Origin: Raillietiella orientalis
Taxonomy: Eukaryota
Assembly: GCA_036172245.1 (NCBI GenBank)
Contig: JAYWIR010000009.1
Location: 372,001 to 436,000 of the forward strand
Reading direction: 5' to 3'
DNA length: 64,000 nt
Shown here piece by piece: positions 22,450 through 35,262 of this stretch; within the stretch, counting starts at the first letter, position 1, and the number at the start of each line of letters is the position of its first letter. A program made the translations under genes and the position numbers. Below the pieces are notes generated by a model that searched no databases, was not told the DNA's origin, and worked only from the letters and a program-made list of their open reading frames with translations.

Positions 22450-24000
22450 AACGGGACAGGACGAACATGCCAAAGAAGAAATCTCTACATCACATAGTCA
22501 ACCACTGATCTGCCATCAAGGCATGAAGACCCCTTGGAAGGCCCAAAGCAGCGATGGGACCTGGGGCTCCAACCAATCCATTCCAGGCTGAAACCAGACT
22601 CGGTTCTCCAGGAAGAAGACATGGTATCCATCTTGGACATAGTACTCCATAAGAGCACTTCACCACATCATTAGAAGGCTCGCGGCAGAAGGCGAAGAGC
22701 AGATATCAGTGGATTGGCCTCTCCACTTTGCCTTGAAGGGCGTCCTGGCGATCGTCGTCAAATCCCTGATACCATGGGATCCTGACAACGCAGAAGTACT
22801 GAGGACTCTGTTCACTCCAAAGAAGGTAGGGCACTTATCAAGGAAATGAGCCATCCAAAATTTGGTTGGAATGGTGGCAGACTGTCCCTCTGAAAAGAGG
22901 ACGATGTGGCCGGTTGTTGGTGCACAGAGGCTATTGCATCCTTCTTTGGTCAGTGGGATCAGGTTATTCTTTGATGATAGAAAGAGTGACAGGAAGTTAG
23001 TGGCTCGCTTTCGCAGTCTTTCAGGGACATAGAGGAACTTCTAAGCGCTGGTATGTGGTGTCTCTAGTGGAAAGCGGACATCGAAATCGTTTTTCATCTC
23101 TAATGACGAAGGCAGAAGGTCTCTGGATAGAAAGCTAGCAAGAGAGATCCAATTGGTGCTGCGTCGCCGCTCGTCGATCCATTCGCTTCAGAGTAGATCG
23201 GCAAACGGTGCGAACATGTGGCGAGTTCTTTTCTGGTCTGAATTGGGAAATGCTCGGGAGCATCTTTGTCTCACAGCCTTCCTACACGCATCATCCAGGA
23301 TTCTTCCAAGTTTCCATGAAGACTTGTCGATGGTCCCGTTTAGGAATCCAGCAGCACGTTGGTAAAGGCATGCAGATTCTCAAGGGATGTGATGAAACCA
23401 GCAGGCAGAATGCATCTTCGAAAAGGTAGCTTCCATTGATCTAGGATGCCATGCATGACCAAGGTCATGACCCCCCTCCCCAATAAAAAATCCTTCTGCT
23501 GTAAGCTGACTCCCCGTTGCATTGTTGTCAAAAGAGGGCGTCTTTCCTGGGAGCTGTTGGTCGTGTGGAAAAGTGTCGATCTGGAGATATGTGAAGGTCC
23601 CGTGTTAATCGACGTGCCGATCGCTTTGCGGCCAAGCAAGATGGAACGGGAGCTTCCGGTATGACAGCTGAGTAACGACCGCCTCGTGCCTGAGCCATGC
23701 GAAGCGACGTCATGAGCGCTGCGTGTGCTGCGGGAAGCGACGTGAAAGCAGGCCGCATCCCTTTGTGCTGCTGCCTTATTCGTAGACGAACACGATGTTG
23801 CAGCCATTTCCGATGTTCCAGATCATCGCAAGTCCCGGACTTCGCTTCTTCCGTTCTGACGACTCGGCCGTGATTCAGAGGTCAACTCCGGATCAGCGTT
23901 TTCAAGACCAGCTTGGCTCAGGTGCAGCCCGAGCGCAGGAGACCACGACTACTTGAGTGGAAGAAGCGTGCGAGGTTCGCGAGCTGGCAGCCCCGTTCAG
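22450..24000 (-). mobile_element. Degenerate LINE ORF2 (AP-endonuclease plus RT) relic
   Basis: Endonuclease-like NIVFVY and INTGPSH, then WMAHFL...GVN..S...SGSHG (WI..FL...VNG..S...SGVPQG). Confidence 0.35.
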
Positions 24001-25386
24001 CGCTCACAAGAGAACGGCCAGAACAAGAGAGCTGCAGTAGCGTCCATCTCTATCTCTTGTCGACTGGTCAGGCCCGAACGTTTATTTAGGAGGCATGGGA
24101 TGTGTCCGCTGGAACCAGTCGACAAGGAAACGATGGCTTCCTACTGAGTCCAGGCTGCTGCCGAGTCCAGCCCAATCACTCACCCGCTTGAGAGGGCTGG
24201 AAAAGATGGTCAATGCATGGAAAACGACTTGAGAGATATTTGAAGATGTGAGAGAGATTTGATGGGGTCATCTCCTGATCGGTCTTTGCGGAGCTATGGA
24301 TGAGGAGATTTCGGTTCCTTGATCGTGGCGGCAGGTGATATCATTTGTACACTCCCCGTAGCCGAGCGACTAGCAAGATCTCACCGTTTTTCTTCCCACC
24401 TTGCAGCTGCTAGACGATTCTGAGGAAGTAGCAAAAAATGGCCGTAGTCAGCTCCTTCGGGTGAGAAAACGTTTTTGACGAGCTTCTCACATCCTGAGCA
24501 TAGTCTGGAGCTGTCCTATGCAACCAGCAACAGCAACTCATAATCAAGAAACAGCAGTGTTTACCGCTCAGGATGGAACTATCCAACAGGATAGAAGGGC
24601 GCTAAAGCCCAACAGCAGGTGCGGATAGGGTTCTATGCCTACGGGCACCTGGAACGGTTTGGGCAAACGCCGCTATCCTGGCCATGAGGCGTTGACGTCT
24701 GCTGCACAGGATAGATGAGAACTGATTTGCGTGATAGCTCGAAAGGAAAAAGGAGCTGCTCATGCACATTGGGGAACCGGCAATTTGTTCTGTAAGAACT
24801 CTCCGGAACCTTCATCACTGGAACAGAGTCTTCTCTTGAATTCTTGGAGTCTCTGCAGCAGCCAGATCACTTGGCAACCATCCTCCGGGTAACTTCGCCG
24901 CTACCATGATGGAGTGAAGGTGAACTCTTTCCCTACCGACAAGAAGTAATCCCTTCTCTGGATCAGGTGCCACACTGCTGCAGCAAGGAGTGTGGGGATC
25001 TTCTTCTCCCGTTTGTCGAGCGTCCCCTGAGGCATCAAGACTGGAGAAACAGACAGAATTTCCATGTTCCACCAGGAGGAAGCTTCCCACCGAAGTGGAG
25101 ATCCGAAAATTTCCATTCCCTTTCGGCTCGGAGGCAACAGCACCGGTGCCGACCGCCCGCGGCTGTCCAGGGCAATGCGACCGCCGATGTCGACCACAGC
25201 ACGCCTCAGAGTCTCTAGGAAGCGGCAGTGCACCGTGTTTTCTTCACAGCTTATCCCTCAGGAGCGATCTCAATGAGAGGGGTTCTTTCCGACACTGCAG
25301 AGCTCAAGGAGACGGGAAACACCTCAGCGCTTCGCGGCAAAGGCCGCTCCTCTGGTGCTCAGCCCCTCGGCGCTGATGAGATTCGT

Positions 25387-26100
25387 ACCCGGTTTCGCCG
25401 GGATGTTTATCTTTAAAAAAAAAAAAAAACTACAAGTAAGAGGGAAAGAAGAATACCCCCTTTAAAAACGAGAAATGCCAAAAAAAAAAGGTTCATAAGG
25501 TTGATCATCGACACGCAAGCCGGCTTCCAAAAAGTAAGAAACGGAGGGAGGGAGCAATAAATGAACAAAAAAGACGAGAGGGTAGGAGCAGGGGTCTTTT
25601 TTATGGGACGTTACTCCATTTATAAGAGCAGCTGTGGATAGTGGCGATCTTCCTGGAGAATTCTTGTGGAAGATGAGGTCACCTTGCTGCTGTCCGCTGA
25701 GGGCTGCTGCCATTCTGGTGGCTATGTTCGTCACGAACCTGACTCCAACACGTAACAAGCTGTTACTATGGCGCAGATGAAACAGATTGCTGCGATTACA
25801 GCTCCCTTTTTAGCCCACTTTCTGTGAAGAATTGTCGCAGCAAGTCCGTAGCGATGCTCTGCGGCTGACGGAGAGCAGAGGCGAGTCCCCCTATACAAGT
25901 CCTCGAGGGCACTGCATCTCATCAAAAGGTGCGGGAGCGATTCCATCGCCCCTGGTCTCAAGCAGTTCGAGGAGGCAATTCCCCCAGAAACGAGATGTCT
26001 GCACTGATTGTACTGGAATGCTCGTTGCAGAAACAGCATAACATCCTGTTTTACTGGAGCTGATGAGGGAGGCCTGCCTCCTTCCGCTCAGCAAAGGTGC
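25387..26100 (-). mobile_element. L1/Tx1-like LINE 3' fragment
   Basis: CLRPGAMESLPHLLMRCSAL matches CVRCGEWESLPHLLVDCVAL. The terminus is rc ataaacatcccggcgaaaccgggt at 25387-25410. Confidence 0.75.
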
Positions 26101-26199
26101 GTCTCCTGACTAAAGGCGGAGACCTCCGATGCTTAGACAGTTGGAATCCGATCGCCTTGGTAAAATATCAGATTTCAGGTTCTGGAAGCTCTGGACTGC

Positions 26200-26560
26200 G
26201 TAGGTAGGAAGTGTTGCCACATTCTTGGTAAGCCCCAGGGAAGACTTCTGCTGTTATCGGGCGATCCATGGATGAGAACCTCTTCTTCGCGAAGGCTTTA
26301 GTTGCAAGATCACGTTGCCCTAGACAGCAGCACAGAGACGAGAGGAGCAGTAGGCTGCGCGCGTAGGTTTCGATAGCGGAAGGAAACAACAAAAACCTTT
26401 ACAGTCCAGGTCGATATGCATAAAGCGTTCAGCTGCGCCAAACAGGAACTCCTCCTGGAGCTCTTGGAACACCTCGGTCTCCCGGCTCACTTGCTTGCGC
26501 TTTTGCTGACGTCTCCATGATCCTCTCCTACGCGTCCAGTGTGTCTCCGGCCTCCGGCAC
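26200..26560 (+). mobile_element. L1/Tx1-like RT fragment
   Basis: VDMHKAFSCAKQELLLELLEHLGLP matches LSRALDCVYQELLLELLERMGFP (33230) and DMEKAFNRIKQEHLLE (40950). Confidence 0.65.
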
Positions 26561-26579
26561 TGAACGGAACGGAAAGGCC

Positions 26580-29500
26580 GAGTGGTGGAAAACGGTGGAG
26601 AAGTCGGTGGAGAACAGAAAGGCTTCGTTTCCACACGAGATGGAAGCATTGATACTGATCGCACGCAGCCGATAGGGCTCCTCAGCGCCTCCGGGGCACC
26701 GTGTGCTCCCCACAATTTGTCCTCCATAGGTAGCCTCCTCATCTGCACTTACAACTCCATCTTCAGAGCGCTTGGAGAGGCGAACGAGCCTTCCAAGGAA
26801 GCCCTGGAACTCCAATGTGTCTGCACTCCTGTAGGTGGGACCTCTAGACTGTGCAGCAACAGAAGCGGGAATCACTTTCAGAAAGACGATGACGGGATAA
26901 AGGCGAGACGAGTTTGATTTCGCACTGGGAGTAGGCGGGCAGATCAAGGCAGATGTCCTCCCGGAGAGCGCTCGGGGACACAGCAGATTGTTGGCGCTCA
27001 CATGGGCGGAAGAGGCACTTCCCACCCAGTGCGCACGCTTCGCGACAGCTGGATAGCAGCCAGGGACCCCAGCCTCCTCCCTTTCCTTGGCCTGGCGGGC
27101 ATGCACTCCTGGATGCCTTAGCGTGATCTTCAATATCTCTGGATGATCTTTCGCCAGACTCGGTGGAAGAGCGATCGTCCCTAGGGCAACGCGCTGAGAG
27201 CCGCGCCCTGTCTCCGTGCAGACTGCGCTCTTTGCCTCGGAAAGTCCAGGATCTCGGGTCCCGATTTTCCCGATCATTTAATTAGCCATGCGTCCTTACC
27301 CGGCACAGGAAAAGACGCTTCCTCCAGATCATTTATCCCGAGCTCTGCTTGCTCACGGTGCATTGGTCGTGTCGCTCACTTCGGCGGGAGCGCGTCGGGA
27401 TATCCCGGTTCATTCCCTCCGCTCTTCCCTGCCTTCCATTGTCTTCTCGGATAATATACTCCTCCCTCTCGATCTTCCATGAATCAGGAAAAGAGCGCTT
27501 GGCTTCAAGGTTCCTTTGTAATCTCCGGGAGATACGGGGTCGGCTAACGGGCTCCTAGCAAGGGATAGAAGCAAAAAAAACAGGTGAACAAACAGGAAGC
27601 GCACAATGGGAGTCAGGGAAAAGAAGTTCTTTGATTGTGCCTGTTTGTTTTTTCTTCCTTTCTCAGCTAATCATCTTCCTGCTCTGGGGACCGTATTTTC
27701 CTCCGGAAGTGGATCGTAGTTGCATCGCGTCACGGGGGCATCCCTGCTGGCGAGTTCCGTGAGAGCCGCGGCAGGATTTCCTGCTCAGCGTAAGTGTGAC
27801 GTCTTCCTCATCCAGGATGCTGGGTCGCCTCTCCATCCCCGCCTTCTCCTCTGCTTCTTTTGAACGCTTTCCACCCGCTCTTTCCGGCTTCTTCCCTTCC
27901 TGCTTTTCGGAAGGAGGGTGTCTTCAAGCCGACCCGCTGTTCAGTCTCTGTAAGGAAGGCGGCGCCTGCGAGCAGGTCCGGAGGTTGTGCTACCGGGATC
28001 GGAGAATGTGGGAAAATTTACAGGGGATAGTGGATGTTCGCTGGATGCGGGAACGAAAACGTGCCAGGAAGGAGGCAGTGGTTGCATGAAACGCTCTTCA
28101 TCACTTCCAGTGGAACTTTGCTGACGTCTCTGATGAGTCGATGACGTCAATCGGCGCGACAAATCAAGGAGAGAAGGGATGGGGTGGGGGTTCGTGTTTA
28201 TGTGTATCTTCTTGGCACGAAGGACGCTCGCCACAATGATTCACGAGCTCGTAGTACAGAAACTGCAACAGTACAGAAGTTTTTTTAAAAAACAAAAGCA
28301 AAATGTCATTTGGAGCTTAGCGAACAAAGGTTGCACGGATGTCGAAGATCGTAGCTAGGGAGACTTTCCGATTCAGAGTGGTCCATCTGGATGCCTTTTT
28401 TTTCAAAGAAAGCAGCCGTTCAGGTCCTCACCCGCAGCTGCCAGCGCAGCTACAGTGAGTGTCAGGTCCGCGGATGCAACACGACGCTGAGGTCGGACGG
28501 AGATGAACCGACGCAGCGTGTCTCAAGGGCGTGTCTACCGGATGCAGGAACGCTGGTTCTACACGCAGAGAAGAGCGTTGCAGCCCATCAGTGGGCGTTG
28601 GAGTGATTCGATCTCCATGCAGCTGGTCCTGTATTTTTCAAGGAAGACTCCAGCGTAGGGGGAGCATCGTGGGCTGGCGGAGGAGCGTCCCGGTGGAGGG
28701 GAAGAGCTCGAGTTCTTCCAGGGGCGCGCCGAGTGCATCAGCACACTGAAGCGTCCGTTCTCCTAAATTCTAGATGTAGGGGCGTTGAGTTGCACCCTCG
28801 ACGAGCTCTCGATGGCCGTTATGCAAGAGTACAGAGCTCCATCTTTGACGGTGGATCTTCATTGGCAGCGTAACATCTGACGGAGGCTGCTTACAGCTGG
28901 AGCTTGCTCGTTGTCCAATGCTACTTTCTTCGAAGGAGAAACTCCCCGACCAGGGCATGGCCACGTCATGCATTAGTCATCATGACTCTCTCATTCAACT
29001 GGGACCTTGTGACCTTCGTGCATGCGCGCTGAACTGAACCTACTTCCGGTACGAGCCACATCCTTACAGGCAGTGATGTCCATCGCACGTACAGGAGTTC
29101 GCTCCAGCGGATTTCCCAATCCACTCAGTGTTCAGCTTCCTCGCCACCACTCTTTGTTACGGTGAGCTAGTATGCAAGCCAGAAAGGCTGAGAACGAATA
29201 GACTCGATTGCTAATGAAGCCATTGCCGGAGCGGATGCAGATAGCAGCCTCTGGCCGGAGTCGCCTTTGCCAGGCGACGACGGATTCACCATGCTCGATG
29301 TTGCCTGCTCCTTCAAAAGCAATCTCTAGGCCCTAGGGGACACCTGTGGGATGAGGAAACATTGGAGTCTGTCTGAGCACTTCTCCAGCAAAGGAGCGTC
29401 CGCATCAGTGCGAGACTCACGCATGTTCTGTTGATGATGGAGAGTTACGGGGTTGGAGCAAGAACAACTTCCCTGCAGCTTCAGGATCCGGCTGCTAAGC

Positions 29501-30950
29501 AGCACCATTCCGGCTTCTATAGAGAGCGGTCAGATAAGCATGGGGTCCCTCCTGTCCATGGCTTCCGTTTTCTATTCGAGAAACCCAGAATCCTTAGTAG
29601 ACCGGAAATTTAGTTCGCTGGGTGCTGTTCTATAGCTTTGAAAAGGCTTCGTGTCTTTCTCTTGGAGATTTCTGGCTTATGGCTTCATCCGGAGAGAAGG
29701 CCGCAAAGCTCTCTTGGAGCGCCAAGTTAGGAGAAGCTCTAGAAGTAGCTGGATCCCTGTTTCAATACAGCCTCTTGTATTACGTGGTTGCGCCTCCGAG
29801 GCCACAAACTTAGAAATCCAGGAACAATCGAGAATCCCCTGCTTGGTGCCACGGACGACGAATGTGGGGTTGGCGCCAGAATAAAGCGTTATTCCTACAT
29901 CAAAAGAAGATGAAAGAAGCCCCTATTCTGGCGATATTCATCGCCCTGGCACCAAGCAGGGATTTCCTCGCCTGAGGATGCTGTTTTCGAGTATAAGCTC
30001 TCCTGAATCGGAAGCAGCTAAATCGGCTTGCGAGAGCCCTCGAAGATCGCTTGTGAAATGATGCTTCGTTAGAGTGCTGTAAGGAAGGGGTTAGGAAGGA
30101 ATGAGGGTCGGACGGGATGGAGAGTCTGTTAAGGTCTCGGGAGTTGGAAATGTGCCAGGAATGCGCCATTTTTCAGGATTCTTCTTCCAAAGAGGCTACG
30201 AAGTGAGGGAGGAAAAAAGTTTCTGTCCCGGTTCATCTGCGCTGGAAAGAAGGCACGTATATTGGGGACATTCTGCGTTGGCATTCGGATCTCAGGAAGC
30301 AGTCAGCTGAAGGCAAGATCCACTCACTGATCCATCGCGGAATGTGTCTGAGAGGGTAAGCGGGACGATGGCAGCAGTCCCGAAGAACCAACATTCCTGT
30401 GAAGCTGCACGTGCTGCGAAATCGAGATGCGGGATACGGGATCACGGTATCCAAACTGCAGATAACATCCGACCGGGTAGGGATGCCTCAACATGTTAAC
30501 GACCCGCGCGTGCCCAGGCTGCGACAAAAAGCATTTCGAGCGAGGCGGCAGAAAGACTGGCTTGCGCGGAATAAGCTGGGACCGGATGGATCTAGAAGCT
30601 CGAGGAAAAAGGCTCAGCTGGAATGAAATGGAAGCGGAAGCCTGCTCAGGCAGGGTACCAGCGGTCCATGCGTAGAAGGGAAGACTCTCCATTTCTTCCG
30701 ATGCTTCGTCCTTCTCGGCAGAGTCTTGAAACCGCCAGAGCTGACTTTGGAGACAACCGACGCGAGCACCGATATCCGGACCAAGTTCTGCGAAAAGAAC
30801 GCGGTCTTCGAGCGTTCCCGAAGGAAGCAAACCGCGTTGGCTCCGGTCACTCGGGGCTGCACCACCACGGGCAGAGGAACAATTCCCCCGAGCGTTTCCT
30901 CGTGCATCCCTAGGCAACGGATGGCCTCTCTCAGTCTACTACGATTTCAC
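26580..30950 (-). mobile_element. Degenerate Ty3/Gypsy internal region (gag zinc knuckle, RT, RNaseH, integrase), with unexplained sequence at about 27300-28400
   Basis: The integrase part reads ALPPSL...ILK...HPGVHARQAKER...VPG (IP.SLR..IL..H.GHPG...AR...WPG), GVVSADE and ASISCGNEA. RNaseH-like EKYRT...QRPL and knuckle-like RFRSTCSF..CC lie upstream. The integrase part (26580-27280) is the best supported. Confidence 0.45.
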
Positions 30951-32408
30951 GCGTGCTCACGAGATATCCTCCGGCTTTATGGATTTCTCTACAATTCGCT
31001 GCGTTTTCCGTTTCCTTGATCCTCTTCAAAGCATCTTGGAGGACTCGCCTGAACTCCCATAAAACCCGCTCCGAGGCTTGCGCAAATTTGTATCCACATG
31101 TCTTTCTTTTGCTTATGTACTTGGAGGTGGCTCGTGATACACCCACTTAAAACATGGCTGCCGACATCCATGGCTGCATTGGAAATCTCATTCTGCTTCC
31201 CTACAGTGAACCATCATGGGCATTCCAAACATGCTCTAGACCTAGAATGCTCTCATCTGTTGCATTCTCCAGTTAAAGCTCGGACAGTAGTTTTAGCAAA
31301 GATTCTTCCTTCTTCCATGGCCAGGATCAAATGGAGTCGATCGCTAAGGGGCACTTGTCTTGGAAGGACACAAAGGAAGCAACCATCAGCAATTCCTTAA
31401 GATGAAATGCTTGCGCGCCTTTGGGTAAACGTTGAGTTATAATAATATAGTGGATATAGAATCTGCGCTTAACATAGTTTCTGAGTTTCAAGAACCACGG
31501 TCGAAAACGTCTCTGTACTTCTCATAGATGGAACGATGCACTCTTGGAATGATCAGTCGGATGGCAGGTTCTTAGCTGCATGATCGGATATCTCCGCTGT
31601 CAGCACAGTTTGCTGCTCGGTTTCAGGAAATAGGTGGCTTTCGAAGGGATTTCACCCTTTCTAAGAAACAGGGAAAAGGCTCGTTTGCTCCACGATGAAG
31701 CTGCTTTTTCCTGACCAGCTCAATTTCCTAGAGGCTGGCCGAGAAGGGAAGCACACTCTCCAAATAGAAGAAGAATCCAAATAGAGGCTAATCGCCTGCT
31801 TCCGCATTGGCAAGGCGCCGATTCAAAATGCTCCATCACGAGAGTCTCATTGAAAGGATTAAATGGGCCTCATCTAAGAGATTGACTCAGTCGGCAAGAA
31901 GGAAAGCAATCACTTGGGAGAGCTGCAGGGCTGCAGCAGAAGGAGGCTTTGTGATGGTGCAAATGAAGCGGATCAGAGTCTTGAAGTTCGAAGGGCAAAC
32001 TGAACGGGAATGTAAAGCTCCCTTTATCTTAACTCGCCCTAAGTGACGAAAATGGATCCCTTCACACTGTGCCCAAAGAAAGTGGAAACAGGCTCAATTT
32101 CTTTTTTGTACAACTCTGAAAGGAAGGACACTAAAAACAGAAAGGTAGAGAAAACCCATAACAGATGATTCCGACGGCCAGGAGTTGATATGATCAACCC
32201 CTGGCGACTCAGATCACAATGGTCTCTTGACGCATCGGGGAGTGCATCTGCATGGAGATTCTTGTTTGGGATTTCTTCATTGCTGAGCTTGTATTCTGAG
32301 GAGTCCATGAAATTTGCCATTTATGTTTCTTTTACTATTAGCTGCTTCAGTCCTTCACCCCTACTATCGAGAGCCCACTCCAGCCTGAACTGGTCGATCC
32401 AAAGAATC

Positions 32409-33200
32409 GCGTTGGCGGCCGCGTGGCTGCGGTCTCCGTGCGTGGTGCCAAGCATTGGGTTATGGTTGAGGGTTCAAATCCCGCCCGGGGAACAATCGAC
32501 GCTGAGAAATGGGTGCGTCGTGGGTTTCGAGTCCTCCCCGCAGGATGAACGCTGGTTAGCTTCAGGTGCGGCACCGGTGGAAACTGGATGCTCCCGTTGA
32601 CTGATGGGGATTGTCCACTAGGGTGCTTCCAGAAATTAAGAAGCCGATTCCCTTCTCAATTGCTACATTGGTTGTGAAACTGGAACCATCCCATCCCCTA
32701 AAAGAAAGACCTTCCATTGCGTACCATGGATCTGATTGATGCCCCCTCGAAGTGCTGCCTCTCCATAATTTCAGAAGCGCGCTGCTTCCTTCGGGAAGCG
32801 CCCATTCTGGGAAATTGGGAAGCGTCCCTTCGGGATTCTCTTCAGAGGAGGAAACCAGGAGCGGTTTCCTTGAGAAGAAGAAATGGGGAGCGGTTGCCTT
32901 CGGACAGAATAAGGAAGAGGTTCATTTCGAGGTTCTCTCTCAAGCGTGAGAGGGAACGGACTTCCTTCCAAGTCTTCCTAAATTCGAAGGGTGGTCTCCG
33001 GAAATTTTCCTTATCACTCGAAGAGTTACACACACCCTCGGGTGGCGTGGTCAGTGTCAAAGAGCTTCATGAGCTCCTTCCAAGGAGGCGAACGGTTCTG
33101 CAGTACTTAGCAACTCCCCCCTTCTTCCACAAAAAAAAAACAGAAAAAAAAAAAAAGCTGGAGGGCAGCGAAAACAGAAGAACTCAATAAGATTTCCAAC
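32409..33200 (+). mobile_element. tRNA-headed SINE
   Basis: The head is gcgttggcggccgcgtggctgcggtctccgtgcgtggtgccaagc...ggttcaaatcccgcccgggg, followed by the family body and A-rich tail. Confidence 0.88.
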
Positions 33201-33204
33201 ATTC

Positions 33205-35262
33205 TCACTCTTGCAGTCGCATTCCATCTGAGCAGAGCTTTGGACTGCGTGTACCAGGAACTCCTCCTGGAGCTCCTGGAACGCATGGGATTTCCGGTCG
33301 TCTTCCTGGCCTATCTGAGCTCCCACTGGCACAACACGATCATTAACGTCTTTTTAAGCGGCCGGCACGTGTACGGTGTGCCCGTTTCGCCACGGCATAA
33401 GGCAAGGCAACAGCTTGAGCCTCCTGATCTTCAGCATCTACTTCGAGTTAATGCTAAGAACATACAGAGACTCTGGTAACCCTGCCGAGCTTGTGTGCTT
33501 GCCGTGTCCGCCTATGCAAACCACCTTTTTCTGCGGTTTCCTATGTCCAATCCAGCCCCAGCACCAGAAGCTTGCTTCCAGCTGCTCAGCGGTGGTACGG
33601 ACCTGGCAGTGATCAAAGCGGAATCGTCACTGGTGCCGGTTGGTGAGACGTGGACTGAACTCTGGGACTGTATCTGCTTGAGGATTCATACAAGCAGGTA
33701 CTTCAAGTACCTTGACTTTCCGTTGGGGGGCTTCTGCGTAGCAGAGCTCTGGTCTGACCTTCTCCAAAAAGTAGAGATGGCGCTCGTCCCGTTCCAGAAC
33801 GACAAGTTTTGCTTGCTGGAACGGACTGCAGTGTGGAACTCTTTCGTGGTTTCCCTCCTCCTTTCCCTGCTTTTTGTTTTTCCCATCCCACTTGATATCA
33901 AGAAAAGGACCGAGGAAGTCCCTGTGGGGTACAGTGGAGTCCAGACTTCGACTCAAAATCTTGTACTTGTCACTCATGTACTCTAAGTAAGGAGTGGATT
34001 GGACTTCCATACGATGGAGAGTATGGAGCGTCAGCTTCAATTCAGAAGACTTACCCTCGCGGCGAGATGATGGATCACACCCTAGTGCACACCAGCACGC
34101 CTCCTTGCGAAGACAGCAGCCGGCTGCGAGGAACTCACATCTATCCTCATCGCTCGCGAGAGATGTCTGAGAAGGTGGAGATATCAACCTTGCCATATGG
34201 TTGTCTTGATGAAGGATATATCTGCATCTCCTGCCTCCCCGCGAACTGCACTTCCTGGCTTCAGGAACCGGTGTTCGCCTGGGAAAAGATCCACGACACG
34301 AGCGAGGCAAAATGCGACTGCCTGGAGCAAGGCATCGACTCTCGCAAGTCATTGGAAGAGATCACGAGCGATACGCTCAAGATGCGGTGAGTCTCGCCCA
34401 GCCCCTTGCTCCAGTGCTACCCTCCTTGAAGGTCAGAAGGGACAGCGTAATCCCAACAAGGTGAGAACTGACTTGTTGCATTGCAGCCTATACACAACTT
34501 CTGGGGGTCTGGACAACTCGGGAGGTGACGGATGCCGTGATCTCAAGTGTCATACCCCAAGGTGTATGCTGTGCAGAGCTGCTCGGAATCCCTCCGGAGG
34601 AGATGGAGTGGCGTCCTGCCTGCTGAAACAGCAGCACCCTCCCCCTCGAGTGTCAGGAGTTGGCATTGCTGGTGGTGCATGGGAGAATCTGGACTGGACA
34701 CGGCAGAGCGTGGACGCTCAGCGCGACCGGTGAGGGAAAAAGGCGACCCTCCCTCAGCTGCTGTTGGACTGTGTTTCCATCCTACCCATTTGGGATCGCC
34801 TCGCGACGGCCCTAGGATCGCCGGTGGGCTCCCCAAGGGACATTATCAGACGCCTCTTCGTGCGTGCAGCCATGTGTGTAGCAGCTCTCTACTGTCTCCG
34901 CAGGATCGTGACGGCCTGGAACGCCTGAAGAAGAGCCGAAATAGCAGCGACGCCATTCACTGGGAGTGGATCTTCCTGAAGACCGCCTCGAGATGGCCCC
35001 ACGTGTGCAAGATACGGACGGAACTTGACCAGCATCCTGAACAGGATGCAGAGGACGCCGGGCAGCACACTTGGTCCGTTGAACCCTGCCCGTGTAAAAC
35101 TTTCCATTCCTGTTTTGTTTGTTTATTTCCGCTTTTGTTCTTCCCCCCAGGCTACCGAAGAGGACCTCGCCGGTCTGCGCACCGCTTTTCGGCAGGCTCA
35201 CCACACAAATGTCATTTTATTATTTTGTATAGTAAATGCCTCGGCCTAAGCGGGTGATGAAT
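33205..35262 (+). mobile_element. L1/Tx1-like LINE, 5'-truncated (RT to 3' end), frameshifted
   Basis: Motifs in order: ALDCVYQELLLELLERMGF, HGIRQGNSLSLLIFSIYFE, SAYANH (YADD box), YFKYLDFP, GCLDEG..SCLPANCTSWLQE (matches 47040-47110). The terminus is agtaaatgcctcggcctaagcgggtga. Confidence 0.85.

Noticed and set aside
15261..28200. Hammerhead ribozymes at ctgatga motifs (about 15261, 25373, 26060, 28130)
   Set aside because: None has GAAA after stem II with the supporting stems.
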